64,000 bases of DNA, taken from Christensenellales bacterium. GTDB taxonomy: Bacteria > Bacillota > Clostridia > Christensenellales > UBA1242. How positions within the stretch are numbered: the stretch's first letter is position 1; each line of letters starts with the position of its first letter. The translations under genes were made by a program, and so were the position numbers. The stretch lies in NCBI GenBank assembly GCA_051883495.1, contig JBJETV010000006.1, positions 2,160 through 66,159 on the forward strand, in the 5' to 3' direction. This document shows positions 26,301 through 34,029 of this stretch, piece after piece. Below the pieces are notes generated by a model. That model ran no database searches, was not told where the DNA came from, and saw only the letters and a list, made by a program, of their open reading frames with translations.

Positions 26301-26840
26301 AGCCTCAATTTTTCACCACAAAAATTGAGTGTTTACGAAGCAAAAAATGATGACATAGACAGAGGAAAACTAGGCACTGCTTATCATAAAATTATGGAGC
26401 AAATAGATTGGGATAAAACTCTTGATAGGGAATCATTTGAAAAAATCCTAGACAAGATAAATTTGCCAGAAGAGTATAGAAATATTGTTAATTTTGAAAA
26501 AATTGCAACTTGCGAAAATAATATAAAAGAATTGGGCAAAATAGTTGTAGGGAGAGAAATTCCTTTTATAAGTTATCTTCCATACAATGAGATATTTGGC
26601 GAGGGAACAGACAAGAAAATTTTGGTCCAAGGGGTCGCCGATATGTTGTTAAGTGATGGAAACCACACTTGGCTGGTAGATTATAAGATAACTAAGGCTT
26701 CTCGCCCCGACCAGTTGGTCGAGAAATACAAGGTGCAACTTATGCTGTATCAAATATGCTTACAACACGCATTGGGACGAAAGATTAACGGTGCTTACAT
26801 CTACTCCTTTGCTTTGGACAAATTGATTAAAGTCCTGTAG
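23310..26840 (+). CDS. addA: ATP-dependent helicase/nuclease subunit AddA (UvrD/Rep-like)
   Basis: Walker A SASAGSGKTMT, VFVDEYQDIN, LLYVALTRAK, and the C-terminal nuclease motif GVADMLL...WLVDYKIT. Confidence 0.9.
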   Translation: MKWTEDQEQVLVNDSDNLLVSASAGSGKTMTVIEKIARLVADEHVDITNLLVITFTESASAEMKIRLKDTLSKSAKDNKFVATQLAKLPLGDISTIHAFCAKMLRKFFFLAGIKPNFAVLDDNASNFLKAKALDKTIKQYAESEDEDFVLLSSSFGGGRKFEGLKTSVLSLQDFLTGIVDREEYLKTTAFCCYGSKDNKAIQFLDEYLLRNIRFVHSQLLLWQEQAKAQNAIYFVEFLQKAVVQIVCVMQGKDFWQRVVALHSITMPRLSNKKLTDDEQSFKEDFKSFWAEVQAKLKSLKQYIPQKTEQEAMAELEKTGKLIEKLVEVEQVFEKYYEAQKNKRNGLDFADLERKFLEISRLEDVQKTLQYSHVFVDEYQDINYVQEEIISGLIKHAKLVMVGDVKQSIYAFRNSTPEIFAYKSADYIQNNQHGTLKLLNDNFRSDATILQFSNEIFSKCMTMDFGGIDYKNCGMFRGLAKYEHLSPLPVVEVDLINTKQEDSEEEIVLPEVYSISNDKMTYQNEISETKCEGLLIAQKILDMLKNGYQIYDAKQQKATKITFGDIAILCRNNQTLKQISKQLSDLKIPTKINTKDNIYQNKDIAPLLALLKLIDNSHDDNALATALLSPFGNFSPTDLAHIRITHGEEKHFYQAVRNYALEMKEIADREVLSSNNNQEETNKSSKKDIDQEISQKIGDFEELLRQMRERLTYCSLHEILNYLCDKFEYYDYLTCLPDGFAREKIVRDFVESFEGSDYNYDLVGFLDFVKNYAFEGRFASMLSTSDNGVTLSTIHASKGLEYPIVFVAGCGNNFPTKTFREDVLKDKNFGLAMQSFDSETFFRSTNYARNCILINKRRAEKCEEMRLLYVALTRAKNHLIVIGEKDDEIFSEDNAEGANNYLNWVMTYLKPAEQKAIAMGKRSISKKLNGGEVLLQVFDVADFRFDEERSRPIVFPEADHNLTKDIKDNLLQTMPTPCNIALKNSVSSLLAEHSSIEESLNFSPQKLSVYEAKNDDIDRGKLGTAYHKIMEQIDWDKTLDRESFEKILDKINLPEEYRNIVNFEKIATCENNIKELGKIVVGREIPFISYLPYNEIFGEGTDKKILVQGVADMLLSDGNHTWLVDYKITKASRPDQLVEKYKVQLMLYQICLQHALGRKINGAYIYSFALDKLIKVL

Positions 26841-26953
26841 AGTAAACCGATTGGTCAACAAATTTGCAAAAAATGAAAAAAAATATCGTAAATCGTTTTT
26901 ATTTGTTGATTTGTTGTGATATACTACAAAAAACTCTTTAGGAAGGTGAGAAT

Positions 26954-29506
26954 ATGAATTTGCTTGGACTCAGTGGTTCGGAAATTGTGGACTCTGTAAG
27001 AAATTTTGTCGTAAACCTTTTTGTTAGCCTTGCTCAACAATGGTTTTGGCCTGCAATTTTTGTGGGGCTAATGCTTTTGGCAGTGATTGTGATGATATCA
27101 CTTGTCAAGGGGTCTTACGAAAACAAACTTCTGAAAAGTATCAACAAACTCAACAAATACTTTTTGGCAAAGCCATTTATTACAGAGGAGAACTTGGTCG
27201 AGTTTAACCTCAAAATGAAAAAAGTGCCAAAGACACTTAGAAACTCATGGCAGATATATATGCTGAATAGGGAAGATTCTCCAACAAAGTATATCAACAC
27301 AAGTACTTGTGTGGACAAACCTCTTAGGTCTTCTTCTATCGAAAAGCACCTTGGCAACTTTGGGATATTCACAATGCTTATAGCAGTGCTTTCCTTTTCT
27401 GTGGGGCTAGCATATTCCTACAAAGCGGGTATTGCAGTAGTGGAAGAAAATTTAAGACTTCTAATTGCCGTTCTTTGCCCACTTGCTGTGGTTATAATTT
27501 ATGCAGTTTATATTCTATTTGCTAGATTGCGTAAAAACGAAATTTATTCGTTACTTTTCGAAAATTTCCCAGTGTTTGAACGCAACCTTGAAAAAGCAGT
27601 TACTACATTGCCAGCATATGTTGACTATGAGATTTTGTTTACAAAACAAGAAATCAAAGAAGGCATACCTATCCTTCAACAATATCTCGAAAAACGTGCT
27701 TTGGTCGAGCAGAAGGAACTTGAAAAGGCAAGAGAAAATTCTGTGGCTTGCGAAGAATACGATTTTGGCGACCTTGGCATAGATGGTTCTCTTGTTTTGG
27801 AAAGGGCAATGAAGGAAAGTGAAACATTTATTAAAGTTAGAAAAAGACTGCAAGACGAAAGTGATGCTATAGAGGCAGAAAAAGAAAATTATAAGAAAAA
27901 CTTTGAAACAACCAGTAAGGATTTGCAAAGAAAGTTGCAGGCATCAAGAGAAAACTTGGACAGTTTGCGTTCGCAACAAGAGGCATCGACAAACCGTATT
28001 GAAAGCAACTATATAAGAAAACAACAAAGCGACGAAATAAAGAAACAACAACAACTTGAAAAAGACCTAGAAGAAGCAACTGCAAAATTTAATAACGAGC
28101 AGGAGGCTTTGGAGGGAGAAATCAAGAAACGTGAAGCAGAAATTGAGGAGAAAAAGAATTTTGTTCAACAGGCTATGCTTCTCGAGTTTAAGCATTATGC
28201 AAATACACTTTACAAGGCTCTTACTCAAAAAGCAGCAGAGGTGGGCAACGAAAAATTGCTTTCCCTTGCACAAGAAAACAGCGACCTCAAAGCGCTACTT
28301 ACAGACTTGCAGGGTGTGGGGGGTATGACCAATGAGCAACTTGACCCAAATGCAAACCTTATACATGGAGAAGAAATAACCACTGACGAATTGTATCCTC
28401 TAAATCAAAATAATATTGAAGAGATAAGTCAGAACGAAGAAAATGCTTTGGTAGGGAATGTAGGTGGCAACTTTGCTGAACAATATTCTCAACCACAAGA
28501 AGTAAATTATTCTGAGCAACCTCAAGGAGCTGGTGTTGAACAAAATAATTTTAACACCCCAAGTCAAGCGGAAGGCTATGCCCCTATAGAGCAACAACAA
28601 TATGAACAACAACCATACGAAGCCTCTATAGAGCAACAACAATATGAACAACAACCATACGAAGCCTCTATAGAACAACAATCATACGAGCAACAGCCAT
28701 ATGAACAATCGACATGGCAAGAAGAAAACCCAACAACTGAAGGGGAACAACAACCCGAAGACCAACAATATTGGACTCAGGAAGCAGAAACAACATCTAG
28801 TGCTGAACAGCCAAAAGAACAAGAAAATATAGAGGATAGGGCTAAGGAAAATAATGTTGATGGGGCAAACTTCTTTAGAAAAGATGACGACGATGATGAC
28901 AATGACGATGGAGATGGCTCCAATGAAGCAACAGCAGATGATTTGCAACAAATTCAAAAGCAGATAGAGGAAGAAAATAATAGGCTAAAGAGAGAACGTG
29001 AGCAACTAGAACAAGAGTTGAACAACACAATATCCAAAATGGACTCTCAAGCACCTGCAGGGCAATTTAATGGATACAATGGATACAACTATCCTCAATA
29101 TCCTCAAGGTTACCCTCAAGGATATCCTCAATACCCACAGGGATTCCCACAAGGCTATCCACAGGGATACGGTCAACCATATGTTGCTCCTCAACCACAA
29201 CCTCAACCACAACAACAGCCTCAACCTATAGTTATACAAATGGCTCAGCCTACTGCTCAACCAGCACCACAAGTGGAACCTCAGCCTCCACAAAGTAATG
29301 TGCCGGAAGAGCAACCAGATGTGGAAGAAGTGGAAGAAATAGAAGAGGAGGAACCTTCAACAAGACCAGCAAGAAAGGAACGTAAACAATCTGTAAGAGG
29401 AAGAAGTTCTGCAACACGAGGCAAAAAGACTACTGCTCGCAAGAGTAATTCGGAGATTGATGCCTTGAATGCAGAAATGCAAAAACTCCTTAATTCTAAC
29501 AAATAA
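26954..29506 (+). CDS. Hypothetical 850-aa membrane-anchored coiled-coil / low-complexity protein
   Basis: SD GGAAGGTGAG. About 3 N-terminal TM helices and a roughly 250-aa coiled-coil region. This is followed by QQ(P)YE repeats, an Asp-rich patch, YPQG repeats, a Pro/Gln tract and a basic tail. Confidence 0.7.
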   Translation: MNLLGLSGSEIVDSVRNFVVNLFVSLAQQWFWPAIFVGLMLLAVIVMISLVKGSYENKLLKSINKLNKYFLAKPFITEENLVEFNLKMKKVPKTLRNSWQIYMLNREDSPTKYINTSTCVDKPLRSSSIEKHLGNFGIFTMLIAVLSFSVGLAYSYKAGIAVVEENLRLLIAVLCPLAVVIIYAVYILFARLRKNEIYSLLFENFPVFERNLEKAVTTLPAYVDYEILFTKQEIKEGIPILQQYLEKRALVEQKELEKARENSVACEEYDFGDLGIDGSLVLERAMKESETFIKVRKRLQDESDAIEAEKENYKKNFETTSKDLQRKLQASRENLDSLRSQQEASTNRIESNYIRKQQSDEIKKQQQLEKDLEEATAKFNNEQEALEGEIKKREAEIEEKKNFVQQAMLLEFKHYANTLYKALTQKAAEVGNEKLLSLAQENSDLKALLTDLQGVGGMTNEQLDPNANLIHGEEITTDELYPLNQNNIEEISQNEENALVGNVGGNFAEQYSQPQEVNYSEQPQGAGVEQNNFNTPSQAEGYAPIEQQQYEQQPYEASIEQQQYEQQPYEASIEQQSYEQQPYEQSTWQEENPTTEGEQQPEDQQYWTQEAETTSSAEQPKEQENIEDRAKENNVDGANFFRKDDDDDDNDDGDGSNEATADDLQQIQKQIEEENNRLKREREQLEQELNNTISKMDSQAPAGQFNGYNGYNYPQYPQGYPQGYPQYPQGFPQGYPQGYGQPYVAPQPQPQPQQQPQPIVIQMAQPTAQPAPQVEPQPPQSNVPEEQPDVEEVEEIEEEEPSTRPARKERKQSVRGRSSATRGKKTTARKSNSEIDALNAEMQKLLNSNK
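28586..28711 (+). repeat. 3 x 42-nt in-frame tandem repeat (IEQQQYEQQPYEAS)
   Basis: Units 28586-28627 and 28628-28669 are identical. Unit 28670-28711 is diverged. Confidence 0.95.
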
Positions 29507-29549
29507 CATTAAAAACCCAAAGGAATGGCTAACACTTTTGAAACTAGTA

Positions 29550-29588
29550 AAAAGAGATTTTAATTGTATCAAAGTCTCTTTTTTTTTA
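29550..29588 (+). terminator. Rho-independent terminator
   Basis: AAAGAGATTTT-aattgtatc-AAAGTCTCTTT followed by T8. Confidence 0.65.
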
Positions 29589-29638
29589 CAGAAAAATTAC
29601 AAACATTTAAACAAATCACAACAAAATAGCAGCAAATA

Positions 29639-29647
29639 TGATATAAT
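29639..29647 (+). promoter_or_regulatory. Extended -10 promoter element (TGATATAAT) of the orphan gene
   Basis: TGn plus a perfect TATAAT, 63 nt upstream of the ATG at 29710. Confidence 0.5.
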
Positions 29648-29709
29648 TTGTTGAATATAAAAACTTTTCCGTCGAAATACCTATATATAGTTTCAAAGGA
29701 GGTATTAAT

Positions 29710-30834
29710 ATGAAACGAATAGAAAAAAATGAACAAGCAGAACAAGAATTAAATATTTGGTGTAATACTTTATATAATTACACTAAACAGATGGCAGAAA
29801 ATCCAACAAGAGCAAATAAGTGGATTTTTGACAAAGCAAGTCATGATGAATGGATATTATCCAAATTCCCTAAACACCTTTCAAGCGTTAAAGCATATAA
29901 TTTGTTTTATGAACTTACAGGTCAGGACATAAGAGAATTTAACTGGCTAAGTACCACAAAAACGAAACAAGGTGAAAAAATTATTATACATCAGCATTTT
30001 GTAGATGAACATTTAACAACTGCCTATGATTTCAAAAACACCCTATTACATTATTATAACCAAGGAAAACTTACTATTGATTTAATAAAAGACTTAATAA
30101 CACAACAAAGGTTATGTTGGATAACAAAACAAGAAAACAAAGAACTAAATGCTAGAGGATACATAAAACATCGTAATAATCCTTTAGATGCATATAAAGA
30201 GTGTGGAATTGAGATTTACAATGCTGAGAATGAAGATTTGGAGAATATAATGAAACCAGAATTTGGAACAAAGTCTAATAAGGACAAAAAATATAACATA
30301 GCAAACAATAATCTAGAGATAAGAACAGAGTTTTTTAATCAACTTAAAAAATATTTTGATGAGCATTCTTATAACAATAGAACTATTTCGTTGGTTTTTA
30401 AAAATGAAAATGAATATGCTTACATTTATAATCGTAAAGAAGTAATGATTAATACAAGAGTAAAAGATGGTACATTAAATGATATCTGCGTTTTTCTAAG
30501 TGGCGATGATGCAAAAAGGGTTTTTGATGAACTAAAAACAAAAAGAGAAGAAATTGAATTATTGTTGGGTTACAGACTTGTTTGGGATAGAAATGACAAA
30601 AAGAAAGCTTCAAGAATAGGAAGATTTGGTCAATATTCAAGTAGTCCTAATAAGTATGGGTTATGTAATGAAGAAGAGGTAATTATTGGTGACAATATAA
30701 AACCTTTTGATTTTGATTTAGATGTTGAAAAAGTTGCGAATGAACTTATAAGATTTTACGAGGTTTTCATGCCTAGAATTAGAAATATAAAGGACAGAAT
30801 GTTTGATTATAAGATGCAACAAAAAATAAAGTGA
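29710..30834 (+). CDS. Hypothetical protein: unknown N-terminal half fused to a DUF4268-like C-terminal domain
   Basis: Strong SD AAAGGAGG. The C-terminal pattern EIRTEFFNQLKKYF...LLGYRLVWDRNDKKKASRIGRF matches my memory of DUF4268. G+C is visibly lower than in the flanking genes. Confidence 0.65.
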   Translation: MKRIEKNEQAEQELNIWCNTLYNYTKQMAENPTRANKWIFDKASHDEWILSKFPKHLSSVKAYNLFYELTGQDIREFNWLSTTKTKQGEKIIIHQHFVDEHLTTAYDFKNTLLHYYNQGKLTIDLIKDLITQQRLCWITKQENKELNARGYIKHRNNPLDAYKECGIEIYNAENEDLENIMKPEFGTKSNKDKKYNIANNNLEIRTEFFNQLKKYFDEHSYNNRTISLVFKNENEYAYIYNRKEVMINTRVKDGTLNDICVFLSGDDAKRVFDELKTKREEIELLLGYRLVWDRNDKKKASRIGRFGQYSSSPNKYGLCNEEEVIIGDNIKPFDFDLDVEKVANELIRFYEVFMPRIRNIKDRMFDYKMQQKIK

Positions 30835-30886
30835 ATTAGGCTCACGATGAAAGAATGGTTCGAATGATTAAATTTGGCACTGAGGC

Positions 30887-30939
30887 GTGTGCTTGTCTTG
30901 ATACAAGTGGTGTCGCTTCGCCCCACCAGACAAGCACAC
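30887..30939. repeat. 12-bp perfect inverted repeat (GC-richer long hairpin)
   Basis: GTGTGCTTGTCT (30887-30898) pairs with AGACAAGCACAC (30928-30939). There is an inner GTGG/CCAC pairing and no U-tail. Confidence 0.85.
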
Positions 30940-30967
30940 TCTACAATTAAATAAATGAAAGAAAAAA

Positions 30968-31008
30968 GCGAAAGTGTTGGTGAACGTAACACACTTTTGC
31001 TTTTTGTT
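30968..31008 (+). terminator. Rho-independent terminator
   Basis: GCGAAAGTGT-13 nt-ACACTTTTGC followed by TTTTTGTT. Confidence 0.65.
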
Positions 31009-31142
31009 ATTCTTTTTCTTCTCTTTTTGATTATGGTAAACAAATAGTACTACTGTTGTCAAGGTTAAAGTGCATGTCGCTATTGATGTGACAATCTTTG
31101 ACAACTGCAGAACTATTTGTTTTTTAAGCAGTTAAGAGAGAG

Positions 31143-31177
31143 TAAAAAAACACCTTAACCCTTATAGATTAAAGTGT
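31143..31177 (-). terminator. Rho-independent terminator of the - strand PRC-barrel gene
   Basis: On the - strand: CACTTTAA-loop-TTAAGGTG followed by T7. Confidence 0.55.
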
Positions 31178-31268
31178 TTATCATTTCGCTAGTTTCAAAA
31201 GTACTAGACTAAAACTTTGGGTTTTTGTTTTGATAGATGTTTTTTGTGAGATAGAGAGGAGGTTAATT

Positions 31269-31988
31269 TTAGTTGGAACGAGAAAATACGGTGAGTTCTA
31301 TCAGTTTGCCATGCCTTTTGGCAGATTCTAGGGTTAAGGCTGTTACGGGGCTTTCTTTGCGGATGATTATTTCGTTATTCATACCATAAATCGTTTTGGT
31401 AGCCCTTCGCCCCAGCAAAAAATTGGGAGATGCCACTGCACGTGTCGGGGTAGAGAGGGATTTTGTTTCAGGCTCTATCTTTGGGGCAAGGATTGTAACA
31501 GTTTGCATATTCTCCGTTGGTTTTTTGAAAGGGTTTGTTCGAGATTTTGCAAGCAATTTTACTGGAGTTTCTCCCTTTGTAACAATAACTTGACCAAGAC
31601 TAAGAATATTTTCGGGGGAGATATTTTCATCGCCAACCACAAGGTGTTTTAGGCGAAAATTGTCCGTCAACTCTAGGTCTGTTACTTTGCCAATCTCTTT
31701 GCCGTCAGCGGAGTAAACCGGCATATTCATTGTAGAAAAATCATTACATTCTGCCTCATTGATTGCAAGGACCATCGCATCTTTGTTTTTTATAACTACA
31801 GCATCTTGTCCAATAGAATAAATTTTTCTTGCATTCAGCAAATATTCTTCATCTTCATTGTCAAACATCTTAAAATTTTCTATTTTTTTGAAATTTGCAT
31901 CAAAACAGGCGTTTTTTATAGTCCCCTCAATTTGTCCGGAACTGAGGTTTAGCACCTTTTTTGCAATAATATCAGTTAAAAGTTTCAT
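31269..31988 (-). CDS. PRC-barrel domain protein (two YlmC/YmxH-like modules)
   Basis: Two segments have the YlmC-like pattern: AKKVLNLSSGQIEGTIKNACFD...IYSIGQDAVVI and MPVYSADGKEIGKVTDLELTDNFRLKHLVV. Confidence 0.5.
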   Translation of the reverse strand: MKLLTDIIAKKVLNLSSGQIEGTIKNACFDANFKKIENFKMFDNEDEEYLLNARKIYSIGQDAVVIKNKDAMVLAINEAECNDFSTMNMPVYSADGKEIGKVTDLELTDNFRLKHLVVGDENISPENILSLGQVIVTKGETPVKLLAKSRTNPFKKPTENMQTVTILAPKIEPETKSLSTPTRAVASPNFLLGRRATKTIYGMNNEIIIRKESPVTALTLESAKRHGKLIELTVFSRSN

Positions 31989-32100
31989 TTTTTCTCCCTT
32001 TCTGTGTAAGTCAATACTTAAATATATGTTAATTTTTTGCCATTTATTATTTCATTTGCTAGCATTTTTTTGTTTGCTGTGGTAAAATTGTGGCGAATAT

Positions 32101-33597
32101 ATGGGAATTTTTAACTTTTTTTCCAACTTAATAAAAAAGAAACCGATATCTCTGCCAGAAAAAAACAAAGGAGATATTGTTTATTTGGTGCCTATGAAAA
32201 ATGGTTCGCTGGAATTGGGCATCAATATAGAGATTGAGCAAGGCTATAATGTGATAATTGCTCACAACAACAAAGTCTTGGATATTATAAACGAAGTGGG
32301 GCAGATAAAGTTTGAAGATGTAACAGTGCCAAGACTTTTTAAGGAACATCGCAATATGCTGACCAAAAGGGGCATTGTTAGCCCAAAGAGATTGCCTGCC
32401 GATGTATATTTTGTCAAAATTGATGGACATAATATAAAATTCAAAACACATGAAAAATTCTTGTGCAAAACTCAAAATGGCAAAATAAAGATGCGTCTAG
32501 TGGGAAATTTTGATTTTTGCATAAATGATATGCGAAAATTTATGAGTATATTCTGTGAGGAGTTTGCTTTTGTTAAAAATAATTCACTCAAAAAGGAGTT
32601 GTCTTTTGTGGTGGGTGAAGAAATCTCAAAAATTCTTAATAAAGCAGAGTTGAGTTTTGATATCTATTCTACCTGCAAGGAAAAAGTGGAGAGTTTAATG
32701 CTGTCTAATTTAAGCAAACTATGTGCAAATTTTGGCATTGACATAACAAAAGTTAGGGTGGAAGATTTGATAGTGTCAAAAAGACAGAAAAAAATGCACG
32801 ATTTGGCTTTGCAACACCGCAAAGATGACGAATTTATAAGTGAAGTGGAAAATTCGATAAATTCTGCCCAGAAAGAAAAAGAAAAGGTGTTTGTAACTTC
32901 TTCAAACAGCAAAATTGTACTTGGCGAAGGTAATGGGCAAGATGAGAATATCGTTGTCAATGGTCAAGGGGATAATTTGCATAGAAGTGAGGAAAATTCC
33001 CCTTCATATAACAATTCTAGTATAAATAGATTTACTAGCAGTCCTGCGTCTAATGGGATATCTAAGAATTTTACAACGAGCAATCAATCCAGTAATTTTT
33101 CAACAGTTGAGTTTGGCAATTCTTCATCAGGTGGAGAGTTTGGCAAATTTTCAATGGGAATGGATAATCGCAATTATGAATACGAATCAAATACAATAGA
33201 TAGTGTCAATAAGTCCGCAAATATTTTTGACAACACCCCACAAAAAGAGCCAAGGCTATTTGCTGATGACAACGAAAATGAAACTGTTCAAGACCATTTT
33301 TTTAATAAGGAAAGTAAAATAGATTGCAACTATGGGGGAAATTATTGTCAAAAAGTTGATTGCAGGGAAGAAAACTTCAAACAAAACAAAGAAAGTTTGC
33401 AAGAAGAGGAAAGTTCTAGCGAAAAACAAGTAGAGAAAGAAAAAACCTGTGAAAAGTGTGGAGCAAAAATTGAAAGCAACTCAAACTTTTGTAAAAATTG
33501 CGGAACACAGGTTGGAGAGTTTATTGTATGCCCTTGTTGTGGTGCAAAGAATTTGGCAGGGAACGAACTTTGTATGGTTTGTAAAAGCAAATTGTAA
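32101..33597 (+). CDS. SPFH (YdjI-like, Band_7_1-type) domain protein with a C-terminal double zinc ribbon
   Basis: MGIFNFF... N-terminus and a roughly 230-aa SPFH-like region, then a long Ser/Asn-rich linker. The C-terminus is CEKCGAKIESNSNFCKNCG...CPCCGAKNLAGNELCMVC. Confidence 0.55.
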   Translation: MGIFNFFSNLIKKKPISLPEKNKGDIVYLVPMKNGSLELGINIEIEQGYNVIIAHNNKVLDIINEVGQIKFEDVTVPRLFKEHRNMLTKRGIVSPKRLPADVYFVKIDGHNIKFKTHEKFLCKTQNGKIKMRLVGNFDFCINDMRKFMSIFCEEFAFVKNNSLKKELSFVVGEEISKILNKAELSFDIYSTCKEKVESLMLSNLSKLCANFGIDITKVRVEDLIVSKRQKKMHDLALQHRKDDEFISEVENSINSAQKEKEKVFVTSSNSKIVLGEGNGQDENIVVNGQGDNLHRSEENSPSYNNSSINRFTSSPASNGISKNFTTSNQSSNFSTVEFGNSSSGGEFGKFSMGMDNRNYEYESNTIDSVNKSANIFDNTPQKEPRLFADDNENETVQDHFFNKESKIDCNYGGNYCQKVDCREENFKQNKESLQEEESSSEKQVEKEKTCEKCGAKIESNSNFCKNCGTQVGEFIVCPCCGAKNLAGNELCMVCKSKL

Positions 33598-33681
33598 CAA
33601 AGTTTTTCCTACACAGTTTTATAAATGACTAATTTAATCAATTTTTTTGTAGTGTTTTGACCTAACAACATTGCAAAAGTG

Positions 33682-33710
33682 TTGACTAAAATGGTGTTAG
33701 GGTGTAATAT
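33682..33710 (+). promoter_or_regulatory. Sigma-A-type promoter (TTGACT-17-TAATAT)
   Basis: -35 at 33682-33687, -10 at 33705-33710, 17-nt spacer. It would start a leader of about 310 nt for the gene at 34030. Confidence 0.5.
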
Positions 33711-33754
33711 GTGATTGTGCAAGATATAACCGCTTGCAGAAACAAGCCTGTTAT

Positions 33755-33901
33755 GTAATAGCAATAATGTGTAGCAGAAATAGATTGTTGCGTTATAGCA
33801 ATATTATTTAGCAGAGATAAATTGCTGCGTAATAGCAATATTATGTAGCATAATCTGATTGTTGTGTAGTAGAAATATTATGCAGTAAAAATGTTTTAGG
33901 C
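33755..33901. repeat. 4 tandem degenerate 37-bp units
   Basis: Units at 33755, 33792, 33829 and 33866 (GTAATAGCAATAWTRTGTAGCA...ATTGYTGC). Unit junctions form ATTGCT-gcgtaat-AGCAAT hairpins. Confidence 0.85.
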
Positions 33902-34029
33902 AAATAATACAAGGCGAAAGCCTTATGTAGTAAAAGCATTATACAGGGTGGCTACTAGCAATAATATAGACTTACTTTTGTGAGGGTTAATGCACCATAG
34001 AGTTATATATTCTTAAAAGGAGATAAAAA

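Noticed and set aside
26954-30834. The 850-aa TM + long coiled-coil protein with the neighbouring nuclease-like gene as a Zorya-like (ZorA + effector) defence system.
   Set aside because: There is no MotB/ZorB-like partner and no recognisable MotA/ExbB motif in the TM region. A terminator and a separate promoter lie between the two genes, and the Q/P/Y-rich repeats are not a ZorA feature.
30855-30870. GGTTCGAAT, a tRNA T-loop-like sequence downstream of the orphan gene (possible tRNA or att remnant).
   Set aside because: The flanking bases cannot form a T-stem, acceptor stem or anticodon arm, so this is a chance 9-mer. No tRNA gene is evident anywhere in the window.
33755-33901. The 37-bp repeats as a possible CRISPR array.
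   Set aside because: The units are contiguous with no unique spacers, are degenerate, and number only four. No cas genes are present in the window.
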